NCBI GenBank assembly: GCA_001781415.1
Contig: MFLT01000006.1
Location: 9,387 to 63,538 of the forward strand
Direction of reading: 5' to 3'
DNA from: Candidatus Kaiserbacteria bacterium RIFCSPLOWO2_01_FULL_45_25
GTDB lineage: Bacteria; Patescibacteriota; Minisyncoccia; Phycocordibacterales; UBA918
DNA: 54,152 nucleotides
Each line of letters opens with the position of its first letter. Positions within the stretch are counted from its first letter, which is position 1. This document shows positions 20,136 through 29,915 of the stretch, in pieces. The notes under the pieces were generated by a model. That model was not told where the DNA came from, searched no databases, and saw only the letters and a list, made by a program, of their open reading frames with translations. The position numbers were made by a program, and so were the translations under genes.

Positions 20136-22601
20136 ATGATTAACGCCGACACCAAACGACATATAGATTCTGCTCGCCAGGTACTAGTTGGCGTGGTCCC
20201 AAACCCAACTTCCCAAATCGACCAAATCACGAACGCTCTTATATACAAATTCATGGACGATATGGACCAGTCAGCCATTAAGGCCGGTGGTGACCCATCG
20301 TTTTTTATTGGTGACCTTGAGCCATACGCCTGGACCAAAATCATGAATGAAAGGCTTGGTCACCAAGAACGAATGAACCTGTATGCCGAAGCCCTTGTTA
20401 AGTTCTCACAAGCCAAGCAACTCCCGCCACTGTTTCGTGATATCTTCAAATCTGCTTACCTCCCATACCGCAGTCCTGAAACCCTAGGTTTGTTCCTAAA
20501 GGAAATCAGCTACTTTGATTATGCTCACCCTGAAGACCTGGGTGATGCCTATGAATACCTTCTGTCTATCATGTCGAGCCAAGGCGATGCTGGTCAATTC
20601 CGCACCCCGCGCAACATCATCGACTTCATGGTGGATGTGGTAAACCCTACCAAAGACGACAAAGTCCTTGATCCTGCTTGTGGTACAGGGGGCTTCCTCG
20701 TGAGTTCATACAAGCACATTATCGAGCAACACGATGGCAAGGATGATCCCGACCATAAGGAAAAACCACTTACTCCTGAACAACGTAAAAAACTATTCAC
20801 CAACTTTGAGGGTTACGATATTGACCCGAGTATGGTTCGTATTGCGCAGGTAAACATGTACCTCCATCAGTTCAAAAATCCTCAGGTCAGCCAGTACGAT
20901 ACGTTAACGCAGGAAGAACACTGGGGTGAAAAGTATGACGTTATCCTAGCGAATCCACCATTCATGTCCCCTCAGGGTGGTATCCGTCCACACAATAAAT
21001 TCAGCCTGCCCTCTAATCGGTCTGAAGTTCTATTTGTTGACTATATTATGAACCACCTCAAGCCAAAGGGCCGAGCAGGTATCATTGTGCCGGAGGGAAT
21101 TATTTTCAAATCAGATACTGCTACTAAGGCACTCCGCAAAGCACTGGTAGAGGATGGACTATATGCAGTAGTGAGCTTGCCAGCAGGTGTTTTCAATCCG
21201 TATGCCGGGGTGAAGACAAGTATCCTTTTGTTTGATAATGAGCATGCCAAGCAAAGCGACGAACTGCTGTTTGTGAAGGTGGAAAACGACGGCTTTGATC
21301 TTGGTGCACAACGCCGGCCAATTAGTAAGAATGACCTACCTGAAGCACTTAAGATATTAAATGCTTGGCGAGAGGGTGAAAAAGTTGAGTCCCCAATTGC
21401 TCAGTGGGTCCTGAGGAAGACAATTGCCGAGACCATTGATTACAATCTTTCAGCAGCAAAATATTTTGAAGCTGTAGATTACTCAAATACTAAGTGGCCA
21501 ACTATAGATTTGGATGAAGTCTCAGTATTAATTCAACGTGGTAAATCGCCGAAATATGGAGAAGGAGGACCGCAAATCATAAAGTCAGGACAAGCACGAG
21601 GTTACTTTAGTTTTGACTCCACTCAAAAGTTTTATGTGGCGAATGATTTTGAAATTGATCATAGAAAATTACAAAAAGGGGACCTGCTAATTAACTCAAC
21701 AGGTGTAGGAACAGCTGGTAGGGTTACACTTTTTGAGTTAGAAGGGGACTATTTAGTTGATAGTCATATAACTATTGTGCGTTTAGATAATACAAAAGTT
21801 TTACCTAAGTTCGTGCTGTATAACTTGGCAAATTTCTATGGCTTTAAAGCTATTGAAGCAATGGCAAAAGGTAATGGTGGTCAAATTGAATTATCTTTAG
21901 CAACAATTAAAGCATTAAAAATTCCACTCCCTCCACTTGAAGTGCAACAGCAAATCGTTTTAGAACTCGACGGCTACCAAAAAATCATCGACGGTGCCCG
22001 TCAAATCGTCGACAACTGGAAGCCAAAGGTGGAAATAGACCATGCTTGGGAGTTAAAGAAACTAGAGAGTCTGCTCGTACGTATCAGTGATCAGATTGAT
22101 CCCCAGAAACACAAGGGTGATGTGTTTTATGTGGGACTTGAAAACATTGATTCAGGAACTGGCTTAATTACCGGAAACTTGATGACACCTTGCGATGTTA
22201 TCAAGAGTCTGAAGAATGCCTTCAAAGCTGGAGATATTCTATATGGAAAACTACGTCCAAACTTAAACAAAGTTTGGTTGGCAGATAGGGACGGTATCTG
22301 TTCAACCGACATACTCGTTTTCAGAGGTACTGATAGTACGATTGCTAGGTTCTTTTGGTACCTAATGCTCTCCGAAAGATTTCTTCAGCAGGCTATGTCT
22401 GGAATAAAAGGTGCAAATTTGCCACGGGTTGGTTATGAACATATTAAGGAGATATTAATGCCTGCCCCACCAATTAAAGAGCAGCAACTAATCATCGACA
22501 GGGTTGAAGCCGAACGTGCACACGTCGAGTCCGCACGTACTCTAATAGACCTCTACACCCAAAAAACCCAGTCTAGCATCGCCAAACTGTGGTCGGAATA
22601 A
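20136..22601 (+). CDS. Fused type I methyltransferase-specificity protein (HsdM-HsdS, m6A)
   Basis: GQFRTP, DPACGTGGF, NPPF, then two TRDs with conserved IPLPPLEVQQQIV and MPAPPIKEQQLI segments. Confidence 0.92.
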   Translation: MINADTKRHIDSARQVLVGVVPNPTSQIDQITNALIYKFMDDMDQSAIKAGGDPSFFIGDLEPYAWTKIMNERLGHQERMNLYAEALVKFSQAKQLPPLFRDIFKSAYLPYRSPETLGLFLKEISYFDYAHPEDLGDAYEYLLSIMSSQGDAGQFRTPRNIIDFMVDVVNPTKDDKVLDPACGTGGFLVSSYKHIIEQHDGKDDPDHKEKPLTPEQRKKLFTNFEGYDIDPSMVRIAQVNMYLHQFKNPQVSQYDTLTQEEHWGEKYDVILANPPFMSPQGGIRPHNKFSLPSNRSEVLFVDYIMNHLKPKGRAGIIVPEGIIFKSDTATKALRKALVEDGLYAVVSLPAGVFNPYAGVKTSILLFDNEHAKQSDELLFVKVENDGFDLGAQRRPISKNDLPEALKILNAWREGEKVESPIAQWVLRKTIAETIDYNLSAAKYFEAVDYSNTKWPTIDLDEVSVLIQRGKSPKYGEGGPQIIKSGQARGYFSFDSTQKFYVANDFEIDHRKLQKGDLLINSTGVGTAGRVTLFELEGDYLVDSHITIVRLDNTKVLPKFVLYNLANFYGFKAIEAMAKGNGGQIELSLATIKALKIPLPPLEVQQQIVLELDGYQKIIDGARQIVDNWKPKVEIDHAWELKKLESLLVRISDQIDPQKHKGDVFYVGLENIDSGTGLITGNLMTPCDVIKSLKNAFKAGDILYGKLRPNLNKVWLADRDGICSTDILVFRGTDSTIARFFWYLMLSERFLQQAMSGIKGANLPRVGYEHIKEILMPAPPIKEQQLIIDRVEAERAHVESARTLIDLYTQKTQSSIAKLWSE

Positions 22602-22607
22602 AATTCT

Positions 22608-23321
22608 ATGTACGATACTGACTATAATCGTTATATAGAAAAACTACTCAATGATCATTTTGATGCATCCCTGCTTTTAAATCATGAGCTCACTAAAGGA
22701 CAGGTTCGTGAGAGATTTATACGTGATCAAATTAATAGCCAGTTTGGCGGTACAACATTATGCACATCTGGTGTAATGTCAGTTAGAGAGGTTAGGGGTC
22801 AGGTAGAATATAAGCAGGCAGATTTAGTTATATTTCCTCATTCAATCCGAAGACGAGAAATTGGGGCTGAGTATCTTATAGACCCGAAAGATGTACTCCT
22901 TATCGCTGACGTAAAAAGTAGTGTCGAGAAGCGCGATATAGTGGAATGGAATAAAATCGCTGAAAAAATACATAAACGGGAGAAGAAAGAGAACTGGAAT
23001 AAAGATACACAGGTAGGTGTAATTAGCTATCGCTACAGTAAGGTTGATTTCCGCAGTCTACTCAAACAATTCGGCTTTGTTTATTCAAAGGACTATGGTG
23101 TATACATATATAAGAGAGGCTCTGAAGAGATTTCGAACTTAGATTTTTTATTTATTTTACATAACGTGGACGGAGAAGATCGGCGCCTGCTTTTGCGTAG
23201 AAACAAAAAGGCTCCTAGACAGAAAGATTTTATCCCTTATACATTGTTAATTGACCAGGCAGCTAGTGACGGATTTTGGGAGATGCTTTATTCATTAACT
23301 GGGGTATATTCTCAAACTTAA
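22608..23321 (+). CDS. DUF6602-like putative PD-(D/E)XK nuclease
   Basis: H...KG..RE.FI...SG...QADLVIF...P..V...DVKS pattern; operonic with the RM genes. Confidence 0.6.
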   Translation: MYDTDYNRYIEKLLNDHFDASLLLNHELTKGQVRERFIRDQINSQFGGTTLCTSGVMSVREVRGQVEYKQADLVIFPHSIRRREIGAEYLIDPKDVLLIADVKSSVEKRDIVEWNKIAEKIHKREKKENWNKDTQVGVISYRYSKVDFRSLLKQFGFVYSKDYGVYIYKRGSEEISNLDFLFILHNVDGEDRRLLLRRNKKAPRQKDFIPYTLLIDQAASDGFWEMLYSLTGVYSQT

Positions 23322-23429
23322 TAATCTGCGGGAAAAGAATTAAAGCAATCAACATTAAATTTGCAATTTGTTCCAACTTATCAAATTTAAGCAATCGATT
23401 AATCTTAAATTTTAGATTACAATAGAGGT

Positions 23430-24482
23430 ATGCAAAGTGAACATAAAGTCATTGATTTGTTCTGTGGTATTGGCGGCCTCTCTCATGGTTTTGTAAGAAG
23501 TGGTTTTAATGTAGTTGCTGGTGTAGATAATGACAGTGCTTGTAAGTATGGTTTTGAGCAGAACAACAAAGCGCAATTTGTAGATGGCGATATCTTAGAC
23601 ATTACTTCAGATCAATTAAATGATTTGTACGGTGATGTTAAGGGAATGAAGATATTGGTTGGCTGCGCGCCTTGCCAGCCGTTTTCTAAACTTAATACCA
23701 GAGGTATAACCGATAAGCAGTTACAGCCTCTCGAAAAGTTTGCACAGCTAATATCTGATATTCAGCCGGATATAGTTTCAATGGAAAACGTGAAAGGGTT
23801 GCTAAAAAATCCCATATTTGAAAAGTTCCTAGAAAATCTTGATGAAAATGGTTATCACTACTCGTACCAAATAGTTAATTTTTCTGATTATGGTGTGCCA
23901 CAAAATCGGTTCCGTTTGGTTCTCCTTGCATCTAAACATGGTGAAATTAATTTGATACCTCCTACTCACTTAAATAAAAAGAAAACAGTTAGAGATACTA
24001 TTGCGCAGTTAGAGGCGATTACTGACGGTCAGGTTTCTGAGAAAGATCCGCTTCACAGAGCAAGATCACTTAGTCCACTAAATAAGAAGCGTATAAAAGC
24101 TACGCCAAAGGACGGAGGCAACTCTCGTAGTTGGAGTGACGATCTTGTTTTAGAGTGCCACAAAAAGAATACCGGCAACTCTTATAGAGGAACTGTGTAC
24201 GGGAGAATGAGCTGGGACGAACCGTCACCTACAATGACCACGCAATGTACTGGACTTGGTAATGGCCGCTATGGTCATCCGGAGCAAGATCGCGCAATTA
24301 CTCTCCGGGAAGCTGCTTTATTCCAGACTTTCCCTAAGAGTTACAAGTTTATTGCACCCACTGATCAGATTACAACCTCTAAACTAGCTAGATTTATTGG
24401 AAATGCTGTTCCTGTACGGGCTGGGGAGGTAATTGCAAAAAGTATAGAAAAGCATATTCTTGAACTCAATGCAAGAAAATAA
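23430..24482 (+). CDS. dcm: C5 DNA cytosine methyltransferase
   Basis: DLFCGIGG, APCQPFS, ENVKG, GVPQNRFR, GHPEQDRAITLREAA, IGNAVP. Confidence 0.95.
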   Translation: MQSEHKVIDLFCGIGGLSHGFVRSGFNVVAGVDNDSACKYGFEQNNKAQFVDGDILDITSDQLNDLYGDVKGMKILVGCAPCQPFSKLNTRGITDKQLQPLEKFAQLISDIQPDIVSMENVKGLLKNPIFEKFLENLDENGYHYSYQIVNFSDYGVPQNRFRLVLLASKHGEINLIPPTHLNKKKTVRDTIAQLEAITDGQVSEKDPLHRARSLSPLNKKRIKATPKDGGNSRSWSDDLVLECHKKNTGNSYRGTVYGRMSWDEPSPTMTTQCTGLGNGRYGHPEQDRAITLREAALFQTFPKSYKFIAPTDQITTSKLARFIGNAVPVRAGEVIAKSIEKHILELNARK

Positions 24483-26103
24483 CAACCCATTTGTATTTGA
24501 AATATCGCTGAGTATCTTAGACCATCTCGGGCGAAACCTTTATCGTAATTTCGTTACGATTTTAGGTGAAGCTATTTCAAACTCTTGGGACGCCGACGCT
24601 TCAAATGTGTGGATATATGTAGACGGAGACAATTTCGTAATTAAGGATGACGGTATTGGGATGGATTTTGGTGATTTTCAGGGAAAGTTTTTGAGAGTAG
24701 GCTATTCAAAGAGGAAGAATGATAATACGCTATCTGCAAAGGGCAGACCTTTTATTGGTAGAAAAGGTATTGGTAAATTGGCTTTACTCTCATGTGCTGA
24801 AAAAGTAAGTATAATTTCAAAAAAAGAAAATGGTGAGTATATTGGAGGTACGATCAATAATTCAATACTAGACCAAGTTATTAAGGATGATTTAAAGCCA
24901 GATCAGTATCCACTAGAACCACTAGATTTAAAAATATTTGCAAAGTATATAGAAGGTCACAATCAAGGTACCGTAATTCATTTTGAAAATGTTAGAGACG
25001 GTATTAAAAACAGCGTAGACTTTTTGAAGAAAATCACGGCGCTATATTTCCGATTTTCGCTAATTGATACATCTTTTAATATATATATTAATGATGACTT
25101 AATAACCCTGGAAGATGTTAAAGATTTGTCAGATAAGACCCAGTATTTATGGTCATTAAACAATTTTAGTGATCCTTTTATTGATGAAAATCTTTCGCAT
25201 ATTGAACAGGCACACAGAAAGAATTTTGAGTTACCGGAAGGTATATCTGGTTTCGTGGCTTCAGTTTTGACACCAAAAAATCTGAGCATTTTAGGAACAG
25301 GGGAACGAGTCAGTCTTGACTTATTTGTAAACGGAAGATTACGTGAAAGAGACATTTTGAAGAATACACCTACTGCTCGAATTGCAGAGAGCTATCTATA
25401 TGGACAAGTTCACTATAATGCATTAGATAAAGGGGAAGATAAGTTCACAAGTAGCCGTGAAGGAGTCGTGGCAGATGATCCTGAATATCAAGAGTTTCTT
25501 TCTGTAATAAAAGGTGTTGTCGCAGACATAGTGAATGATTGGGATAAGTTGCGTGTTAAAAATAGAGAAGAGGGTGATCCTGAGAATGAGAGAATTACAC
25601 CAAAAGAAAGAAAATCTCGCGAACTAGTTGGAGTTGTGACAAAAGAATATGCTACAAAGACTAAAGCAGACAACGTTAACACTTGGATGGATGAACTTGC
25701 TGACGATGCACAGTTTAATGTGCAGTCTTATACAGAATGCTTCGTTTCTGAAAATCTGGTGCGAAAATATATTACAGCAAAAAATATTCCAATGACTACA
25801 GTAGCGCAAGCTCAGATAACAGAGTGGAAAGATAGAGAGGTTGAAAATAAGAGACATGCAAACATAAATATTGACATCATGAGAACGGGTGAGGATATTA
25901 GTTATCTTGGAATGGATACACTTACATTTCTCGCTGACAATACAGGTACCGCTAACTCAATGAGGACCGACGCAAAAGAATATAAACCCCTTAGGAATGC
26001 TGTGATGCATACATCATTACTTACCGATGCAGCAAAGCTTAGATTGACTACAGTTTACGAAAACATCAAAGCTAGAATTAAGTCACTAATAAACCAACCA
26101 TAA
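24469..26103 (+). CDS. GHKL (MORC/MutL-like) ATPase with C-terminal RxxxxH (HEPN-like) motif
   Basis: EAISNSWDA, DDGIGM, GRKGIGKLA, GT box; C-terminal LRNAVMH; overlaps the dcm stop. Confidence 0.82.
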   Translation: MQENNNPFVFEISLSILDHLGRNLYRNFVTILGEAISNSWDADASNVWIYVDGDNFVIKDDGIGMDFGDFQGKFLRVGYSKRKNDNTLSAKGRPFIGRKGIGKLALLSCAEKVSIISKKENGEYIGGTINNSILDQVIKDDLKPDQYPLEPLDLKIFAKYIEGHNQGTVIHFENVRDGIKNSVDFLKKITALYFRFSLIDTSFNIYINDDLITLEDVKDLSDKTQYLWSLNNFSDPFIDENLSHIEQAHRKNFELPEGISGFVASVLTPKNLSILGTGERVSLDLFVNGRLRERDILKNTPTARIAESYLYGQVHYNALDKGEDKFTSSREGVVADDPEYQEFLSVIKGVVADIVNDWDKLRVKNREEGDPENERITPKERKSRELVGVVTKEYATKTKADNVNTWMDELADDAQFNVQSYTECFVSENLVRKYITAKNIPMTTVAQAQITEWKDREVENKRHANINIDIMRTGEDISYLGMDTLTFLADNTGTANSMRTDAKEYKPLRNAVMHTSLLTDAAKLRLTTVYENIKARIKSLINQP

Positions 26104-26160
26104 ATAGGAAAAGGGGGCAGGGACAATAAAGCTAAAAATCCCGTATTGTAATTTTAAGCC

Positions 26161-26191
26161 AAACTAAAACCGCCTTGGGCGGTTTTAGTTT
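26161..26191. terminator. Bidirectional terminator
   Basis: AAACTAAAACCGCC-TTG-GGCGGTTTTAGTTT. Confidence 0.75.
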
Positions 26192-26211
26192 GCTTCATTT
26201 TCGTTTAATTA

Positions 26212-26694
26212 CTATGAGCTTTTTACAACAATAAATTCATTTAACATCGCTAGGTATTGATCTACGATTTTTGGTTGGATTTTGCCGTGATGGAATGGTT
26301 TGACGGCACCTTTGTTTGCGATGATAGTATCCACTTGATCATAGAAGAAACCGTCTGGTGTAGCGATAAAGAGGGCAGCGTGCCGCCAGGATTTTTCTAT
26401 CTCCTTGGCAATGGCGTTTACTTTGCCATTAGTTCGTTTGGCCATGTATTTGATTTCAACCAAGGTCACATTGTGCGTGTCTTCGTTTACTATCGCATAG
26501 TCTGGTGCTTTGCGAACAATTTCTATCATTGCTCTAGCATCTTCGCTCTTAGGAGCTTTGGCTAGTTGGTGGACTACCTTTTCGTAGCCAAATTCTAGTA
26601 CGGTGTAGCCTTTAGTGTTGTGTATCATTTGTTCAAAGATAATTTCGGCAATCTTTCCCTTGATCAGTTCGTGGGTGAATTTGATGTTATTCAT
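26212..26694 (-). CDS. Putative PD-(D/E)XK nuclease-fold protein
   Basis: KGKIAE...PDYAIV...VEIKY. Confidence 0.65.
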   Translation of the reverse strand: MNNIKFTHELIKGKIAEIIFEQMIHNTKGYTVLEFGYEKVVHQLAKAPKSEDARAMIEIVRKAPDYAIVNEDTHNVTLVEIKYMAKRTNGKVNAIAKEIEKSWRHAALFIATPDGFFYDQVDTIIANKGAVKPFHHGKIQPKIVDQYLAMLNEFIVVKSS

Positions 26695-26755
26695 ATGCTG
26701 AAATTATACCTTTTGTGTAGTCATTCTATATAGATAGCTTGAACAAACAGGGGAG

Positions 26756-26776
26756 TAGGTGTAGAATTCACACTAA
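26756..26776. promoter_or_regulatory. NrtR-type operator (autoregulatory)
   Basis: TAGGTGT-AGAATTC-ACACTAA ends 1 nt before the nrtR ATG and overlaps a TAGAAT -10-like box. Confidence 0.7.
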
Positions 26777-26777
26777 T

Positions 26778-27452
26778 ATGTCACAAAAAGCCCCAGATAA
26801 ATTAAGGTTTGCCGCTATGGCGGTGGATGTGGTTTTGTTTGCTGTTGTCGATGGGAAGTTGTCGGTCCTCCTTGGTGAAGTAAATCGTCCCCCGTACTAC
26901 ACCAATATTGAAGCCTTTATCGGTGGGTTGATTTTTGCCAACGAGACGGCGGAGATGGCGCTCGAACGTCATATCAGAAGTAAGGCTGAACTAAAGAAGG
27001 CGTACACTGAGCAGTTGTATACCTTTAGTGAGATTGAACGCGATCCGCGTAATCGGGTGATCTCAATTAGTTATCTTGGACTGGTGCGACCGGATGCTTT
27101 GAAGCAAGAACTGTGTGAGGGACTCCGCTGGTGTGAAGTTAAGAAGCTGCCAAAGCTGGCGTATGATCATGATGAGATGTTTAAGGTAGCGATTAGTAGG
27201 CTTAAGGGGAAGATCTCTTATACCAACATCGCGCAGTACTTGCTGCCAAAAGAATTTACACTCAGTGAACTCCAGGCGGTCTACGAACTAATCTTGGGCA
27301 AGGAAGTAGATAAGCGAAACTTTAGAAAGAAGATTATTGCGCTTGATATGGTGGTGGAGACAGGTGAGATGCAGCAGGGAGTGAAGAATCGTCCAGCGGC
27401 TTTATATCGATTTACTTCTGAGAAGCTCACTGAACTACCACTACTGATTTAA
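26778..27452 (+). CDS. nrtR: NrtR-family regulator (degenerate Nudix + winged HTH)
   Basis: AVDVVLF, EQLYTF...RDPRNRVISISY, LAYDH, FTLSELQAVYE, DKRNFRKKI, RPAALY; the Nudix box lacks the catalytic glutamates. Confidence 0.92.
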   Translation: MSQKAPDKLRFAAMAVDVVLFAVVDGKLSVLLGEVNRPPYYTNIEAFIGGLIFANETAEMALERHIRSKAELKKAYTEQLYTFSEIERDPRNRVISISYLGLVRPDALKQELCEGLRWCEVKKLPKLAYDHDEMFKVAISRLKGKISYTNIAQYLLPKEFTLSELQAVYELILGKEVDKRNFRKKIIALDMVVETGEMQQGVKNRPAALYRFTSEKLTELPLLI

Positions 27453-27462
27453 GGAGAAGGGG

Positions 27463-27487
27463 AGAGCGGCCGCAAGGCCGCTCTTTT
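27463..27487 (+). terminator. Intrinsic terminator after nrtR
   Basis: AGAGCGGCC-GCAA-GGCCGCTCT followed by a T run. Confidence 0.8.
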
Positions 27488-27498
27488 GCTGTCTGTAA

Positions 27499-27559
27499 AT
27501 AGTGTAGTTTTGACAATAAGGTAATCTTGTATCATAACTTAGTGTAGTGTTGACACTAA
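27499..27559 (+). promoter_or_regulatory. Promoter with two NrtR-type operators
   Basis: ATAGTGT-N7-ACAATAA (27499-27519, overlapping TTGACA at 27510) and TTAGTGT-N7-ACACTAA (27539-27559, perfect arms), 40 bp apart. Confidence 0.8.
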
Positions 27560-27654
27560 TACAGGAGAGGAGTATCTTTGTGTCAGATATACACAAAGTA
27601 CTTCAGCCAAGTAAATGGTCGAAGTATCCGTTCTTTGACAGAAAGGAAATAATT

Positions 27655-28782
27655 ATGACGAACGCACTTGAGGTCGTCCGCGACCAGTTTGCCAAAGCCA
27701 GTCGGTTTGCCGATGTCTTTGGGTCACTGTCCGGAGCTGATCTTGATGAGAAGAAGCGGTTGCTGAAAAAGCAATACTCCATCCTCGCCAAGATGACTCA
27801 CCCGGACCGGGTGAGTGCTCCTGAAGTGGCTCTCGCGACAGCGGTGTTTGCCGAACTGTCTACTCTCTACCGTCGGGCGCAGGATGCGCTTGTGGCCGGG
27901 GTGTACGACAACAGCTTCATCCCTTCACGGGGTGGGGCGGCTAGTACCAAGGTGACCGTCTCAGCTGGTACGGCAACGTACCAGCTTGATGTGGAAGCAT
28001 ATCGGGAGGGAGACTTCTCGAACATCCACTTGGGTGAAGCGGCGGATGGGTCAAAAATCTTTGCGAAGATTGCGGCTGATCCCACGCTGAATCCCTACCT
28101 GGTCGGTGAAGCCAACCTGCTGGCGCAAGCCAGTAAGTTGGCGGCTCTGAAGGGTATTCTCCCGTTTTTGCCCAAGCTCCTTGATTCGGTCATTTTGACC
28201 GAAGCTGGGAACGAGCAGTACCGGGTGAACCTCTATGAGTACAAGCCAGGGTTTGTCTCGCTCACTGAAATCAAAAACGCTTTTCCGGGAGGACTTCCTC
28301 CTGAAGATGCGGCTTGGATTTTTAGGCGAGTACTGGGGCAGACGCTCGCAGCGAATATGCTGGGGGTTGTCCATGGGGCGATTGTGCCAGATCACGTCCT
28401 CGTGAATCCGCTGACACACGAACCTCTCCACATCGGCTGGGCACACGCTATAGAGCGGCCAGCTGAACGAAATGCCAAGCTCACCACGGTCATCGACCGC
28501 TTCAGTGACTGGTATCCACCGGAAGTCTTGGCCCGAGAAGTGCCGTCTCATCAAACCGACCTTTACATGGCCGGCAAGACGATGGTCTACCTCCTCGGGG
28601 GAGATGTGGCTCGTGACAGATTCCCGAGCCATGTGCCAGAGCCCTTGGTGCAATTGGTGCGGCGATGCCTTGAGACGAAAGTCGAGAAGCGTCCCCGCGA
28701 TGCCTTTGCACTCATGCAAGAGTTCACGAAAGTGATCGACAAGCTCTGGGGCAGGAAATATCGGCCGCTTCGGCTGCTGTAA
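27655..28782 (+). CDS. J-domain + Ser/Thr-kinase-fold fusion (probable pseudokinase)
   Basis: KKQYSILAKMTHPDR J-domain; IFAKIA, VVHGAIVPDHV, YPPE, DLYMAG, RCL..RP; AAAGGA SD before ATG 27655. Confidence 0.82.
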   Translation: MTNALEVVRDQFAKASRFADVFGSLSGADLDEKKRLLKKQYSILAKMTHPDRVSAPEVALATAVFAELSTLYRRAQDALVAGVYDNSFIPSRGGAASTKVTVSAGTATYQLDVEAYREGDFSNIHLGEAADGSKIFAKIAADPTLNPYLVGEANLLAQASKLAALKGILPFLPKLLDSVILTEAGNEQYRVNLYEYKPGFVSLTEIKNAFPGGLPPEDAAWIFRRVLGQTLAANMLGVVHGAIVPDHVLVNPLTHEPLHIGWAHAIERPAERNAKLTTVIDRFSDWYPPEVLAREVPSHQTDLYMAGKTMVYLLGGDVARDRFPSHVPEPLVQLVRRCLETKVEKRPRDAFALMQEFTKVIDKLWGRKYRPLRLL

Positions 28783-28816
28783 CTGTGAATCTAAACTGTA
28801 ACGCAAGGAGAGTATC

Positions 28817-29836
28817 ATGGGTGGTGGAACTTGGGACAGCGGCGCCTATTCAGCCGCAACTTCTGCTCGTCGCGCCTCTGGCATTGACGATTTCGATTAC
28901 ACCAACAAGGTGCGGTCGGGTACGGTATCGGGTATCCACCCGACGCTTGACCCACTCGGGATGAAGAACCCGGACTCGAGCAAGTATCGGTTCCCGCTTC
29001 GCGAGAGTCGAGACAGCGCTGAGCACCCGGATTCGATTCCGATTGCGATCATCTTTGATGTCACCGGTTCGATGCATTCGATCCCGACGGTGCTGCAGCA
29101 AAAGCTGACGCGCCTGATGGACGTGGTCATCGACAAGGCCGGCATTCCTGATCCGCAAGTGCTGGTGGGCGCCGTCGGCGACTCCATCAGTGACCGGTAT
29201 CCGCTTCAGGTGGGGCAGTTCGAGTCGAGCAACCTGTTTGACGAACAACTGCGCAACATCATCCTCGAAGGTGGTGGTGGCGGCCAAAGCATGGAATCCT
29301 ATGCGCTGGCCTACCGCTTTGCTGCAGACCACACGGCCACCGACGCGTTTGAAAAGCGCGGCAAGAAGGGCTACCTCTTCACCATGGGTGACGAGAAGCC
29401 CTGGCCAACGGTGACGGCGGCAGATGTCTCGCGCCTCTTTGGGGTCGAGGCGTCAGAAGACGAGACGGTGGAAAGTCTCATTGCTCGGGCCTCCGAGCGC
29501 TGGGAAATCTTCCACCTCTTCTCGCTTGATGGCAGCTACCGCAACGACAAGCAAGTGCACGACACCTGGCGCAAGCTCCTCGGTGAACGGCTTGTGATGG
29601 TCGAGGATTCGTCCTTGGTGTGCGAAATCATTGCTGGTATCGTGCACATGATGGAGACGGCCTACGACGTCGATCGGGTGGTGGGTGACATCGGCCTGTC
29701 CGGTGCGGCGGCTTCGGCCGTGAAGAATGCACTCGTGCCGGTCGGAACCAGTTCTTTGGTCGCCAAGCGGCAAGCCAGCGCGAGCGGCGCCCTCAAGAAG
29801 GGTGGAGCTGCCAGGGGTGGCGTGTCGCGGATCTGA
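28817..29836 (+). CDS. vWA-domain protein
   Basis: MIDAS DVTGSM, GGGG..ESY, MGDE; MGGGTW N-terminus; AAGGAG SD. Confidence 0.85.
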   Translation: MGGGTWDSGAYSAATSARRASGIDDFDYTNKVRSGTVSGIHPTLDPLGMKNPDSSKYRFPLRESRDSAEHPDSIPIAIIFDVTGSMHSIPTVLQQKLTRLMDVVIDKAGIPDPQVLVGAVGDSISDRYPLQVGQFESSNLFDEQLRNIILEGGGGGQSMESYALAYRFAADHTATDAFEKRGKKGYLFTMGDEKPWPTVTAADVSRLFGVEASEDETVESLIARASERWEIFHLFSLDGSYRNDKQVHDTWRKLLGERLVMVEDSSLVCEIIAGIVHMMETAYDVDRVVGDIGLSGAAASAVKNALVPVGTSSLVAKRQASASGALKKGGAARGGVSRI

Positions 29837-29859
29837 TCTTTCAGTTCCTTTACGTAACT

Positions 29860-29891
29860 GCGGCGACACCAATGGTGTCGCCGCTTTCTTT
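29860..29891 (+). terminator. Intra-operon hairpin (terminator-like)
   Basis: GCGGCGACACC-AAT-GGTGTCGCCGC followed by TTTCTTT. Confidence 0.65.
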
Positions 29892-29915
29892 ATCTCAAAC
29901 TATGGAGCATATATC

